Shown here one piece after another: positions 13,901 through 27,796 of a stretch of DNA of 64,000 nucleotides. The stretch spans positions 64,046,001-64,110,000 of the forward strand of contig NC_043003.1 of the NCBI RefSeq assembly GCF_006345805.1, in the 5' to 3' direction. The number at the start of each line of letters is the position of its first letter. Position 1 is the first letter of the stretch. The DNA is from Octopus sinensis (lineage: Eukaryota). The position numbers and the translations under genes are program-made. The notes under the pieces were generated by a model. It worked only from the letters and a program-made list of their open reading frames with translations. It did no database searches and was not told the DNA's origin.

Positions 13901-14659
13901 CTGAAAGATGCAAGCAGTACATTAATGCTGCTTCATCATGAAGGTCGTATTTTTGGTTTGTTTTGGTATTTAATAATGGAAACAAACAAGAAGAAAACAA
14001 ATGAGAAGGGTTTGGTTACTCTTTATCAAGTGTGTAGAAATGGCATTCCACGGAAAATGTTGTCTTGTGTTTGGTACAAAAATACTGGGTTGTCAGATAA
14101 ATTGATTCGTCTGTCCATTGACGTTAATCTTTTATCTTTTGTCATTTATTTGTTTCAGTCATTAGGCTACTACCATGCTGGGGCATTGCCATGAAGAACT
14201 TTAGACAAGCGTATCGACACCAATACTCACGTTTTGCTTTTTTAAGGCCTGGTACTTATTCTATCAGTCTCTTTTGCCAAACTGCTAAGTTACAGGGGCA
14301 TAAACATAACAACATCAGTTGTCAAGCAGTGCTGGGTGACAAACAGACAAAAATACATGCACACACACACATATATATATATATATATACCTAGTTAATC
14401 CAAACAAGAAAACACAGAAAAAAAGAGAAAAAAAACACAGCAACGGCAGGATGTGGAACAATTAAAGTATTATTGATGCTCAGAAAAGAAGGAAGGGGTT
14501 TTAACGTTTCGAGCGGAGCTCTTCGTTGGAACAAGGAGAAGGAAAGATCCCAAGAAGGGAAGACAGAGGAAAAATATTTGAACTGGTGGTGCTCAAGAGA
14601 TCACATGTTGAAAGAACAGAAGTTGAGAGGTAGTAGTCGAAACATATATACCTACCTAC

Positions 14660-14726
<67 letters not shown>

Positions 14727-14886
14727 GATGGATGGATGGATGGATGGATGGATGGATAGGTAGATAGATAGATAGATAGATATTTGATGGGCTTCTTTCA
14801 GTTTATGTCTACCAAAGCCATTCACAAGGCTAGAGTAGAAACACTTACTGAAGGAGCAATTCAGTGGGAATGAACCCAGAACTTAT

Positions 14887-15255
14887 ATTCTTTTATTCTT
14901 TTACTGGTTTCAGTCAATTTGATGTGGCCATGCTGGAGCACTACCTTTAGTTGAACAAATCGATCCCAAGACTTAATTTTTGTAACCCTAGTACTTATTC
15001 TATCAGTCTCTTTTGCCAAACTGCTAAGGTACCGAGGTGTAAACACACCAACAGTGGTTGTCAAACAATGGTGGGGGACTGACACACAAACATATACATA
15101 CATACAGTTTCCGTCTACCAAATCCACTCACAAGGCTTTGGTTTACCTGAGGCTATAGTAGAAGACACTTGCCCAAGGTGCCACACAGTGTGACTGAACC
15201 CAGAACCATGAAGTTAGGAAACAAGCTTCTTACCATACAGTCATGCCTGTGCCTA
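14887..15255 (-). mobile_element. family A tRNA-SINE
   Basis: Reverse complement of the consensus GTGGTAAGAAGCTTG..GGTTCAGTC..GGCACCTTGGGCAAGTGTCTTCTACTATAGCC..GAATAAGTACTAGG..GCTCCAGCATGGCC. Confidence 0.85.
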
Positions 15256-16274
15256 ATTTATTTTTCATCAACAATTTTAACAAAGTAGCCCATGATAAAT
15301 TATTCTTAATTGTTCATGACTACTTGCTAATGAACAATTCTATTATTTAATATAGGACAAGGCATGAAGTTTTATGTGAGTGAGAAAATTGATTACATCA
15401 ACCCCAGTGTACCACTGGTATTTGCTTTATCAACCTTGAAACAAAGAAAAGCAAAGTCGACCTCAATGGTGTTATGAATAATAATGTACAATATAGTATT
15501 CTTATATACTCTAGGCACAAGACCTGAAATTTGTGGGGAGGGGCCTGGTTAATTAGATTGACCCCCAGTATGCAACTGCTACTTAATTTATCAACCCCGA
15601 AAGGATGAAAGGCAAAGTCGACCTTGGTGGAATTTGAACTCAGAACATAAAGACTGATGAAATACCGCTAAGCATTTCGCCCGGTGTGCTAACATTTCTG
15701 CCAGTTTGCTGCCTTCAAAAATATTCTTTTCTACTCTAGGCACAAATCCTGAAATTTTTGTGGAGGAGCCCAGTCGATTAGATTTGGGGAGGGGCTGGTT
15801 GATTAGATTGACCCCAGGATGCACCTGGTACTTATCAACCCTGGAAGGATGAAAGGCAAAGTCAACCTCAGCAGAATTTGAACTCTTTTGCCGAACTGCT
15901 AAGTTACAGGGGCGTGAACACACCAACATTGGTTGTCAAGCAATGGTGGGTGGAGACAAACAGATACATGCACACACACATGCACACACATACACACACA
16001 CGCACAAACACGCACACACACACACACACATATACGATGGGCTTCTTTCAGTTTCCATCTACCAAATCCTCTCACAAAGCTTTAGTTGCCTGAGGCTATA
16101 GTAGAAGACACTTGCCCAAGGTGCCATGCAATAGGACTGAACCTGGAACATTGTGGTTGGTAAGCAAGCTACTTAATACACAGCCACTCCTGTGCCAACA
16201 TAGATATAACTATGTTATATATTTCAGTATGATACATATCAGAGACCATCAAATTATAATTTCATATATGTACA

Positions 16275-16325
<51 letters not shown>

Positions 16326-16739
16326 TAATATGTTTATTTATTGACTATGTTCTGTTGACTCAATGACTGTATTTCCGAAACATTAATCTTGACACGGGCT
16401 TGAACTAACTTTTCAGCTTAATGAAAATCAAACTAATAACTACGTTTTCTGACATATTGATACAATTAACAGTATACCCAAAACTCACACTTGCATACGC
16501 ATGCACACACATGCACATGTATAATATACATTAATACACATAAGCAAACATACACTTATATAATACACACAGGTATACACACACACATGTATATAATATA
16601 TAGAGATACACACACAAGTATATATATATATATATATATAATATACATAGACATATACACATGTGTGTGTGTGTCTATATATTATATGTACATGTGTGTG
16701 TGTACGTATGCATATTTTATATATATATGTAAATAAATG

Positions 16740-16781
<42 letters not shown>

Positions 16782-17916
16782 CATATACATAGATGCATTA
16801 ACACTCATATTTATAATATAGATACACAAACATATATCTAATACCCAGGCACACACATATATAATATACCTAGACATTTGTGTACACACACACACACACA
16901 TTACACAAAGGCACACACATGCACACCACACACACACACACACACATTATACATAGGCATACATACACACATGTATTGGAAATACTGACAAGAAAGATTA
17001 AAAAAAAACGAAATTGAAGCATTTATTGTCAGAAATATGTTAGTTTAATCATTTTACACTCTGAAACTGCAAGTAAGGAGAAATAAAAATGTAAAACGTC
17101 CAATATTTTAGAATTATGAGATGATGATTTATTGAAAAAGAAAATTTTGGCTAAAATACATTTTGGCTAAAATATATGAATATAAGAAATTAAACGGTGA
17201 AAAGGAAACATTTTAAATTTATTTCTAGTTTTATTGCTTAAATAATCTAGGCAAGAACTTGCTTATTGTATTAAGATGTGTTCTTTAATTTCTGATCATA
17301 TATTAATAAAAGTGTGATAACGAAAATTGCTCAGTCTTAAGAAGAAAGACTTTAAATTATGACTGCATCTGAGAGGCAGCTAAATCTTCTCCATCATCAT
17401 CATCATCATCATCATCATTATTTAACGTTCACTTTTTATGCTTGCATGGGGGGTCGGACAGAATTTGTAAGGGCAGATTTTCTATGGCCGGATGCCCTTC
17501 CTCTTACCAAGTGTCACCTGTTTCCTAGCAAGGTAATATTTCCCCAAAGCCAGACAATGATTTTTCTTAGAAGACTGGAAGCAAACAACCTTACTTGTAT
17601 GACAACGGTGCTCATTTACAGCCATCATATTATGTCTACGCAAGACATACAATCACACACATACATATATATACACACACACAAGTAGGCATATATGTGC
17701 AAAACAATGTGGAAAAAATAGTACTCGAATACCCAAGGATAGAGTAAAATACTTTATTATAAAATCTACAAAATATTCATAGAACTGTCACTCAGAGTTT
17801 CACATTCCTGTTCATCAAACAGTTTAATTGTCTGAAGAATGGGAACATGAAACTCTAAGTAGCAGCTCTGTGAATACTTTGCAGCTTTTATTATAAAGTA
17901 AAACACCATCCAAGCG

Positions 17917-18130
17917 TGGCCGTTCGCCAGCCTCGTCTGGCACATGTGTCGGTGGCACATAAAATCACCCACTACACTCTCGGAGTGGTTGGCGTTAGGA
18001 AGGGCATCCAGCTGTAGAAACACTGCCAGATCTGACTGGCCTGGTGCAGCCTTCAGGCTTCCCAGACCCCAGTTGAACCGTCCAACCCATGCTAGCATGG
18101 AAAGCGGACGTTAAACGATGATGATGATGA
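17917..18130 (+). mobile_element. RTE 3' tail ending in (GAT)n, followed by CA/TA microsatellite
   Basis: High-identity RTE 3' UTR: CACTCTCGGAGTGGTTGGCGTTAGGAAGGGCATCCAGCTGTAGAAAC...GCGGACGTTAAACGATGATGATG. Confidence 0.85.
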
Positions 18131-18153
18131 TGTACATATACACACATACATAA

Positions 18154-18204
<51 letters not shown>

Positions 18205-18305
18205 TCCGTAATAATGAAGGGTGAAATTAATTAATTTGGAATAATTATCAATTACACCAAGTAGTCTTCGGCATGTAAAAGCCTCATTCGAGGAAAATTT
18301 AAGTA

Positions 18306-18810
18306 ATACTAAGCAATAAAGGGTTTAGCAACGAATTGCCTTACCACATACCGAATTTAGAAATAGCAGTCAAAGAGTTATAGCTATTTCTTCTACTAAA
18401 AAGGGAGATCTCAGTAAAAACAGCAATTGGAAGGCAGACACAAACAGGTAAGAGAGAATGAATTGACGGCAATCTATCATACAATTTTAAGTTATCTACG
18501 GACGTACGTTTCGAAATCAAGTTTTTAGGAAAGCATAAGAATTAAATACTAAATAATTCTATCTCACCAAAACTTCTTTTCTCTTCAGCGTAGAATACTA
18601 TAATCATAAATGATTATATATTGAATTTTGAGATACTAGAAGGCACCAACTCAACTCAGGATCAGAGCGAGCTAGAATCCGCAACTAGTATCACCAAATT
18701 CAATGTGTGAATGAAAAGATTGTGTCACCAGCCCCTTCCCACCCGCGTGCTATTTCTAAATTCGGTATGTGGTAAGGCAATTCGTTGCTAAACCCTTTAT
18801 TGCTTAGTAT
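18306..18810. repeat. 63-bp perfect inverted repeat bracketing a probable Penelope-like fragment
   Basis: 18306-18368 is the exact reverse complement of 18748-18810. The internal ACGTTTCGAAA motif is typical of PLE termini. Confidence 0.85.
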
Positions 18811-19362
18811 ATATATATATATAAATACTTCCTTTCCTCCGTCTTTCTTTTCTCTTGGACTTCCTTCTGTCTCCTGTTTCTAAAGAAGAGCTTTGCTCGA
18901 AGCATAAAACTACATTTCTTTCCTTCCCTGAGCATCTGCTAATACTTTGCATGTACCACGTCCTCAACCTTTTGTTGTTTTTCCTTGTTGTGATTTTTCT
19001 TTGTCTTTGGGGGGGATATATATATATATATATTTACCCCAGGTAAGCACATAAATGTGAAACTAGGTGGAAAAAAATTGTACTCAAATACCAGAGATAG
19101 AGTCATATGCTTTATTATTAAAGTTGCAAAAACATAAAAATATCACAAAAAACTGCTACTTATATATATGTGAATGTGTGTGTGTATATTATGTATGTAT
19201 ATATGTTGGGCTTCTTTCAATTTCTACCTACCAAATCCACCCACAAGGCTCAAAAAGAAGGCATTTATCAAGGTGTTCTGCAGTGGGATTGAATCCAAGA
19301 CCATGTGGTTGGGAAGTAAGTTCCTTTACCATACAGCCACACCTCACACACATTTTTCATAC

Positions 19363-19475
19363 TAAAAAATAGTGGAATTCTTCTATAAACATTCCTGTAC
19401 TGTCTGCAATTATTACACTTGTATGGTAGCAATGAAACAAAGAAATTATGACTTCCTCTAAAGCAAAATTTGGTG
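19363..19475 (-). CDS. candidate exon (CatSper-gamma-like hypothesis)
   Basis: Acceptor gtgtttatcaacag|CA, donor TTA|gtatga. Peptide xPNFALEEVIISLFHCYHTSVIIADSTGMFIEEFHYFL, ending in phase 0, compatible with the exon at 13900. Confidence 0.35.
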
Positions 19476-19669
19476 CTGTTGATAAACACACTGTCATGTG
19501 GCTAAATTATCTCAATTTAACCATATAACATTTAATTTGATTTAACAATATTCAAATTATATTTAATTTATTCTAAATATAATTATGAATATTCGATGAC
19601 TATTAAAAATTTTTTGTCCAACCACATTTACAATTTATTGCATTCACCTCTATCTCCATCACAATATAA

Positions 19670-20505
19670 CGGCAAGCTGGCAGAGTGGTTAGCATGTCTA
19701 GCGAAATGCTTAGTGGTATTTTGTTTGTCTTTACATTCTGAGTTCAAATTCTGCTGAGGTCGACTTTGCCTTTCATCCTTTCAGAGGCAATAAATTAAGT
19801 ACCACTTGTGTACTTGGATCAATCTAATCGACTGGCTCCCTCCCCCAAAATTTCAGACCTTGTGCCTAGAGCAGAAAAGAATAGAACAACCATTCTCTAA
19901 GGTGGTGAGCTGGCAGAATTCTTAGCACACCAAGTGAAATGCTTAATGGTATTTAATTTCTCTTTATAGAGTGAGTTCAAATTCCACCAAGGCCAACTTT
20001 GCCTTTCATCCTGAGTGCTGAGGTCAATGTAATTGACCTGACCCTTCCCATAATATCTCTGACCTTGTGCCAAAATTTGTAACCAAGCTGGCAGAATCTT
20101 TTGCAGACACCAATCAAATTGCTTAGCAGCATTTTGTCTGTCTTTACATTCTGAGTTCAAATTCTGCCAAGGTCGACTTTGCTTTTCATCCTTTTAGGCT
20201 TGATAAAATAAGGACCAGTTGAGCGCTGGGGTCAATATAATCAACTTGCCCCTTCCCCCAATATCACTGACCTTGTACCAAAATTTGAAATCAATGGAAT
20301 GTGAGAATTTAAGGCAAGTGAGCTGGCAGAATTGTTAGACACCAGGCAAACTGCATAGCAGCCTATTGTCTGTCTTTATGTTCTGAGTTCAAATTCCACC
20401 GAGGTCAACTTTGTCTCTCATCCTTTCTGAGTTGATAAAATAAGTACCAGTTGAGCGCTGGGGTCAATATAATATTACTGACCTTATGCCAAAATTTGAA
20501 ACCAA
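19670..20505 (+). mobile_element. cluster of four head-to-tail family B tRNA-SINEs
   Basis: GGCAAGCTGGCAGAA..TTCTGAGTTCAAATTC(T/C)GCCAAGGTCGACTTTGC..CCTTGTGCCAAAATTTG recurs at about 19670, 19900, 20085 and 20312. Confidence 0.85.
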
Positions 20506-20986
20506 TATACAAATCATTCTCCTATCACATTCTCATGACCCTACCTACCTATTTACCCAAGCCAATCCTCTGGAACATTTCTTTTATGTTCACCTGCCTG
20601 TAACTTAAGGGTCCACCCTAACCCTAACCCTTCACCAACATCTTCTCTCCTTTTACAACTGCTGTACCCATGTTTCTTCTCTACACTAAGACACCTGTTT
20701 CAGTCCCTCTATTGTACTTTAAACCTCTCATCTGGCATAAAGTCACCTCCCTCGATACTACACCTCCACCTCAGTTGAAGGGTCTTGTGAGTTAATTGAT
20801 CTTATTTGTGCCAGTGCCGCATAAAAAGCACTCAGTACATCCAATGAATTTTTGGGGGCATCAAGATAGGTATAAAGCCATAGAAACTATACCAAATCAG
20901 ATATTGGAGCTTGATGCAGTCCTCTGGTTCATCAGCTCCTGCCTAACTGTCCAGCCCATGCTAGAATGTAAAACAGCCATTAAACG

Positions 20987-21185
20987 ATGATGATGATGAT
21001 GATGATGATGATAATTGTGATGATGATGATGATGATGTTGATGATGATGATGATTGTGATGATGATGATGATGATGATAGTGGTGATGGTGGTAGTGATG
21101 GAGATGGTGGTGGTAGTAGTGATGGTGATGATTATGATGGTGGCGGTTGTAGCAGTGGTTTTCACGATGGTGGTAGCGGTGGTGG
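20987..21185. repeat. (GAT)n/(GGT)n cryptic trinucleotide repeat
   Basis: Read directly; source of the poly-His and poly-Met ORFs. Confidence 0.95.
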
Positions 21186-21615
21186 TGGGAACAGAGTGCT
21201 CCTTGTATGCATTTTACGCACATATATATATATATATCTGTATAAGTGTGGATTTTTAGATTTATACTCGTTTGGTAAGCATTCTATTTGTATTTTAATA
21301 GATTTAACAGTTTATACTTTCTCAATGGCTAAGATGAGTAAAAGTGCTTCGTAGCACACATCTTTCAAAAGTCTGTATATTATATTAAAAAAGCTAAAGA
21401 GCTAAAGAAACCTGCTGCTCTAACAACCTCAAAACCCTCTGTTGTTATTCTACAGTTAACAACCAGTCGTGTTTTTTTAAAAGTATTCCTCTTACCTTCA
21501 TCTTAACGCTGCTAATTTAGAAATGATATTTGCACCAGAAGTCACATCCTGAATACAACATTCTGTATTCCTTTGAATACATTCTGACAGCAGGATAATA
21601 ATAATAATAGTGATG

Positions 21616-21692
<77 letters not shown>

Positions 21693-21739
21693 AATAATAA
21701 TAATAACATTAATAATAATAATAATGATAATAATGATAG

Positions 21740-21778
<39 letters not shown>

Positions 21779-21872
21779 GGCAGATGGAAACTGAAAGCTT
21801 GTCATATTTGTGTGCACATGTGCATGTGTTTGTACATGTGCATGTGTGTGCACGTGTGTATGTGTGTATGTA

Positions 21873-21919
<47 letters not shown>

Positions 21920-21977
21920 TTATATACATATATATATGTATAGACAGAGAGATAGGTATATAGAAATCATCACCTTC

Positions 21978-22380
21978 ATCATCATCATCATCATTGTTTA
22001 ACGTCCGTTTTCCATACTGGCATGGGTTAGACAGTTTGACAGAGGTCTGGAGAGCCAGGGGCTGCACCGGGCTCCAATCTGATCTGACAATGTTTCTGCA
22101 GCTGGATTCCCTTCCTAATGCCAACCACTCTGAGAGTGTAGTGGGTGCTTTTTACGTTCCACCAGCACAGGAGTTAGTCAGGCAGTCTTGGCATTAATCT
22201 CATTCGGATGGTGCTTTTTACACGCCACTGGCATGGGAGCCAGACAGAGGGTACTAGCATCAGCCAAATTCAGAAGGTGTTTTTTACATGCCACTGGCAC
22301 GGGGGCCAGTCAGTGGGTACTGGCATTGGCCATATTCGGATGGTGCTTTTTACGTGCCACTGGCATGGGAGCCAGTTGGG
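21978..22380 (-). mobile_element. RTE 3' UTR fragment with internal ~55-60-bp tandem units
   Basis: (CAT)n tail, family motif, and repeated CGGATGGTGCTTTTTACGTGCCACTGGCA units. Confidence 0.8.
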
Positions 22381-22965
22381 GGGTACTGGCATCGAAATAT
22401 ATATAAACACATATATACTATTCTCATTCAGCATCCATTTTCCATGATGCATATATATATGTGTGTGTGTGTGTGTATTGTATGTGTGATGTTTGTTTGT
22501 ATTGTGTTTATATCTCTATGTTTGTGTCACCCCACCATCACATGACAAACTGGTGTTGCTTTGTTTACATCTCCATAACCTAGTGGTTCAGCAAATGGGA
22601 ACAATAGAATGGGTGCCAGAATTAAGAATTACTGGAGACAATTTTTCTCTACAAACCCTTCAAGGCATTGCTCCAGCATTGCCACAAGTAAAAGATAAGA
22701 GATGATATAACACTGAAACCTTATAGCTGATATTTCAACCTTGTTATACAACTGAATGTAAATCCTATAATTTTGAACAAAAATCTCTTTTTTTCCTTTC
22801 ACCCAGTTTTTTTTTTTGTTTTCTGTCTTTTTTCTGTGATCTGATAATAAACATTGATAGTGTTATCTTATTGGGAAATGATGATCATCATCCTCATCAT
22901 CATTTAACGTTTGTTTTCCATGCTGGCATTGGTTGGACAGTTTGACTGAAAACTGGTAAGCTGGG

Positions 22966-23178
22966 GTGTATCAGGACAATTACCCCCACCCCACCCCCAT
23001 AGGACAATTACACCCGATGACAACTACACCCGGGACAATTACTCCACTTGGTTACCTCTTCAATTACCCCCCCCCTCTTTGATATATTAAGATATATTAA
23101 ACCATCACCTGTTGTCCTCGGCAGTAATTGTTCTTGGGGTGGGTGTTTATTGCCCATGGGGGTAAATGTCCTAGACTC
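22966..23178. mobile_element. MITE with subterminal GGACAATTAC(C)n repeats (Mutator-like by TSD length)
   Basis: Left end GTGTATCAGGACAATTACCCC is similar to the reverse complement of the right end, GAGTCTAGGACATTTACCCC. Flanked by AAGCTGGG/AAGTTGGG, and interrupts an RTE-tail copy. Confidence 0.55.
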
Positions 23179-24068
23179 AAGTTGGGGAGCTACACCAAGT
23201 TCCAATTTGATGCCCTTCCTAACACCAACAATTCTGAGAGTGTTGTAGGTGCTTTTTTTATGTGCCACCATCACGGGTGCCATTAACCTGACACTGGCAT
23301 CGGCCATGACTGTGGTCTCACTTGGCTTGGCAGGACCAAAGATCTCAGTCACCTGTCATAGCCACCATGAGGCCCAACACTTGAACGGTACTTCCTATGT
23401 GCCACCAGTACAGGTGCCAGTCAGATGGCACTGGCATCAGCCATGTCTACAATATCACTCAGCTCAACAGGCCTTATTAGAAAAAGATACCAATCCTATA
23501 TTAATCAGTATATAAGGCACACATTTTAATATGTGAAAAAAAACCCAGAAATTTGCCAACATATCAGAATCAAATTGTTCATCATCATTATCATCATTTA
23601 ATGTCCATTGTCCATGCTGGCATGGGTTGGACGGCTTGACCAGGGCTGGTAAGCTGGAAGACTGCACCAGACTCCAGTCTGATTTGGCATGGTTTTCTAT
23701 AGTTGGATACCCTTCCTAATGCCAACCACTCCGAGAATGTAATAGATGCTTTTACATGCCACGGCATGGGTACTTTTACGTGCCACCGGCACAGGTGCCA
23801 GTTTGCATGAAACCAATATCTGCTATGACTATGATTTCATTTGATTTGATGGATCTTCTTTTCAAGCACAGTATATTGCCAAAGGTCTTTGTATTTATAT
23901 GGGCAGAAATGAATGTGAAACAAATTTTTATTGCAACATAAAAAACTACATTTAAAAAACAGCCCCTTTTACTAATATGTATATTTATATGAAAAAAGGG
24001 ACATTTTATTGTTGTTCATATTTTATTCATTTCATGATGGTTTATTTATTTCTTTTTATCTTTCACAG

Positions 24069-24136
24069 GAAATTTTTGGCTGGCAAGGTTTTCAAAACCT
24101 GTACGAAACACAATGGGATATGAGATCACCAAATAG
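24069..24136 (+). CDS. candidate plus-strand exon, product unknown
   Basis: Strong acceptor tttctttttatctttcacag|G and donor AG|gtaaga. Frame 0 reads EIFGWQGFQNLYETQWDMRSPN+AG with no stop. The protein was not recognised. Confidence 0.4.
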
Positions 24137-25129
24137 GTAAGACAAAGTTATCCATGGCTAAGAATAATATATGACTATATAAATTTTGCATGATTAAACA
24201 TCACTAATGAAACTAAATCAATGATTATCTAGTGTAAAAAGAGAGGAAAAAATCCATTAATTTATTTTGTGTGCGTCTTTTTGTCTGTTTGTTTAATTTT
24301 CTTTTACCTGACCACATTTTCGGTTGTGGTTTTGTTTGTTTTTTCCTGTTTCAATAAGACGAATCAATTTAACCTTAGTACATTGACCTCATGAAACAAG
24401 AATGTAAAAAAAGAACACACAAAAATCCACAAAAACACAAAAAAACAAAAATTGTATGATGAAGACAAAACAATGGATTGTATTATCCATTCCAAGAGAA
24501 ATTTTCATTAGGAACCTTTAAAATCATGTTTGTTTGTTGAACATTAACCACTAGTGTACAGTCGATGTTTTACAATGAAGACAACATTTCTTCCTTAGGC
24601 TTAAATAATGAAATAACTGCATTAGAAGACTAAAGTCACTTTAAAGGGAAGATTTTCCTTGTTATGGTTCTAGCATTCCAACATGCCAGTGCTTCAGTGA
24701 AAGATAAATTAATTTTTAAGTAGATTGAAACAAAACAGGTTTTGGCAATTCTGCCAGACTTTATAATTTTATCACAAAACATTGATATTAGTTTATATGT
24801 AATACATGAGCTGAGAGAATCCTATGAGATGTAAACCTATCATTTTCAAGCTGAATGTGATATGCTAGCTAAACTAAATATTTCTTTTTTTCTAGTCATG
24901 ACTACTTTATACATTTCGGTCTTACTGCAGTCATTAAAGTATAAAACTAGTAAGAAGAATGTTATGTTTCCTGGGATAGTATATCAATCTATATATTACC
25001 AACAGAGGCAGTATTAATACTCAAAGATAATATTCATATCCACTTAAACGTGGTTGTTCTATTAGAACAAACTATACTGTGATAGTTGCTACGAGAGAAA
25101 CACTCATATTACTATGAGAGAAACACTAA

Positions 25130-25585
25130 AGGTGGCAAGCTGGCAGAAATGTTAGCACGCTGGGTGAAATTCTTAGTGGTATTTTGTCTGTCTTTATGTT
25201 CTGAGTTCAAATTCCGCCGAGGTCGACTTTGCCTTTCATCCTTTTGGGGTCAATTAATTAAGTACCAGTTATGCACTGGGGTCAATGTAATCGACTTAAT
25301 CCCTTTGTCTGTCCTTATTTGTCCCCTCTATGTTTAACCCCTTGAAGGCAATAAAGAAATGTTAGCACGCCGGGCGAAATGCTTGGCGGTATTTCGTCTG
25401 TCATTATGTTCTGAGTTCAATCTCTGCTGAGGTTGACTAAGCTTTTCATCCTTTCGGGGTAGATAAATTAAGTACCAATTACGCACTGGGGTCGATATAA
25501 TCGACTTAATCCCTTTGTCTAATCCTTGTTTGTCCCCTCTATGTTTAGCCCCTTGTGGGCAATAAAGAAATAAGAAACACTCATA
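25130..25585 (+). mobile_element. dimeric family B SINE (alternative-tail subfamily)
   Basis: Two consecutive copies ending ATCCCTTTGTCTGTCC..CCCCTTG..GGCAATAAAGAAAT. The second copy is 5'-truncated at AAATGTTAGCACG. Confidence 0.8.
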
Positions 25586-27107
25586 TTGGCCCTTTTTTTT
25601 TTTTGGTGCAAAATACACTCTTGTTTATATTGCTAGTAGAAAGAATAAATCTCCGCTACCTCCAGCACCAATCTTTCTTAAGACTATTGTCTGGAGTGGT
25701 GCATCTTTAAAGTCTATCACAACATACCAAGGCAATGAAAGGTGCAGGCATATTTAGACTACCTCCTCCTCTGCTTGTGGCCTCCTCCTTCCTGAGCCAC
25801 TTTTACTTCTCTCATCTCCCCACTCCATACTGATAGTTACCATCAACCACACCTTCACCCTTTTCTATCACTCATTATATCCACCTCTTGCCCAATCTCT
25901 AACCTTCTGTCTCTTTCCACCCACACTCTTACAGATTTACCCACCCTTTCCTTCCCTCCTGAAACCTTATACTCACCTTGTCCCTTGAGAATACACACTA
26001 GCACTCTGTCACTACCGTTCTTATTCTTCTTCTAGTTGTAAACACCCTCCCTCACATAATGTGGAGCACGTGGCTTAGTGGTTAGGGTGTTGGACTCATG
26101 ATTGTAAGATTGTGGTTTCAATTCCTGGACTGGGCAACATGTGTTTTTGAGCACACTTCATTTCACATTGCTCCTCAGCTGGCAAAAATGAGCAATTCTG
26201 TGACAGATGGGCGTCGTGTCCAGGTGGGTAATTTATGCACCATGAAACCAGGAATTTGACCCTTATGAGTCAATATAACCCAAAAAGGTAACTTTACCTT
26301 TACCTTCACATAATGCAAGGTAGCCATGTTCTTGTCCCTCTATCATCCTTTAACCTTCAACACCTGACATAAAGCACCTCACCCCCTCTCAAATACACTC
26401 TTTTATCTAGGGGTTTTTTTCCCCTTTTCACTCTTTACTTCATCTGGCAACTTCACAAGTGCTGGAGTCACAAGAAAAGCATACAGTACATACTGTAAAG
26501 TGGTTGGCATTAGGAAGGCCATCAAACCATAGAAATCATACCAGAGCTAACACTGGAGCTCAATATAGCTCTGAGTTCATGTCAGATCCTGTTTATATCA
26601 AAATGGAGAAGCATACCAACAATTCCATGTCATTTACTTGAACAACTGTGGAAATCTTTTCCATATTAAACCTCTGGTTGCTTTGTTAATCTACAAATAA
26701 AGATTATTTATCCACCAATGCAGTGTTGAGCACTCGTTCTCACTAGTGCATGCCTATGTGTGTGATAAACAAAATACAGGCATGCGGCTGAGTTGAAGGC
26801 AGATTTACTTCTGCCTTTATAACGTATAAAGAAAACGTTGTTGTAGGAATGTACGCAGCATGTGTACTACAACATTACTATGCATAGCTTAAATATTGGA
26901 ATTGAAAAGCAGGGACGAATTATGCCTAGCTAATCTACAAAAACATAAAATATTTTGTATTTAAGCAGAGTAATCAGAGTAACCTTCATAATTTTATTGA
27001 ATTAGGTGCATATTTTGCCATAAAAGGAAAATGTTAATATCAATCTATTTTATTCAGGGTAGGCACTGCCTACCTTGCTTACCCAGGCAGTACGTCCTTG
27101 GTATATA

Positions 27108-27142
<35 letters not shown>

Positions 27143-27756
27143 CATCATTTAACATCTGTGTTCCATATACTTGTGTGTGTGTATGTGTGTATTTTCTTTT
27201 ATTTACCATTATTTATTTCAGTCATTTGACTGTGGCCATACTGGAGCACCACCTTTTAGTTGAACAAATCAACACCAGGATCTATTCTTAGTAAGCATAA
27301 TACTTATTCTATCAGACTCTGTTGCCGAACTGCTAATTTATGACGACATAAACACACCAACATCGGTTGTCAAGTGATGGTGGGGGAGACAAACACAGAC
27401 ACATAGATACATACATACATACATACATATATATATACCCGTATCTTAACAGTTTGGCAAAAGAGGCCAGAAGAATAAGTACTAGGGTTACAAAGAATAA
27501 GTCCTGGGGTTGATTTGCTCAACTAAAGGCAGGACTCCAGCATGGCAGCAGTCAAATGACTGAAACAAGTAAAAGAGTAAAAAGAGTATATACGATAGGC
27601 TTCTTTCAGTTTCCATCTACCAAATCCACTCACAAGGCTTTGGTCAGCCCAAGTTATAGTAGAAGACAGTTGCCCAAGGTGCCACATAGTGGGAATGAAC
27701 CCAGGACCATGTTGTTGGGAAGCAAGCTTCTTACCACACAGCCACTCCTTGCCTAT

Positions 27757-27796
<40 letters not shown>

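Noticed and set aside
13895-14194. 99-aa plus-strand ORF
   Set aside because: It starts at a non-ATG codon, runs into a SINE, and has no supported splice structure or recognisable domain.
25630-26060. Pyrimidine-rich segments here and at 20525-20780, possibly decayed LINE remnants
   Set aside because: Too degenerate to translate into any diagnostic motif by eye.
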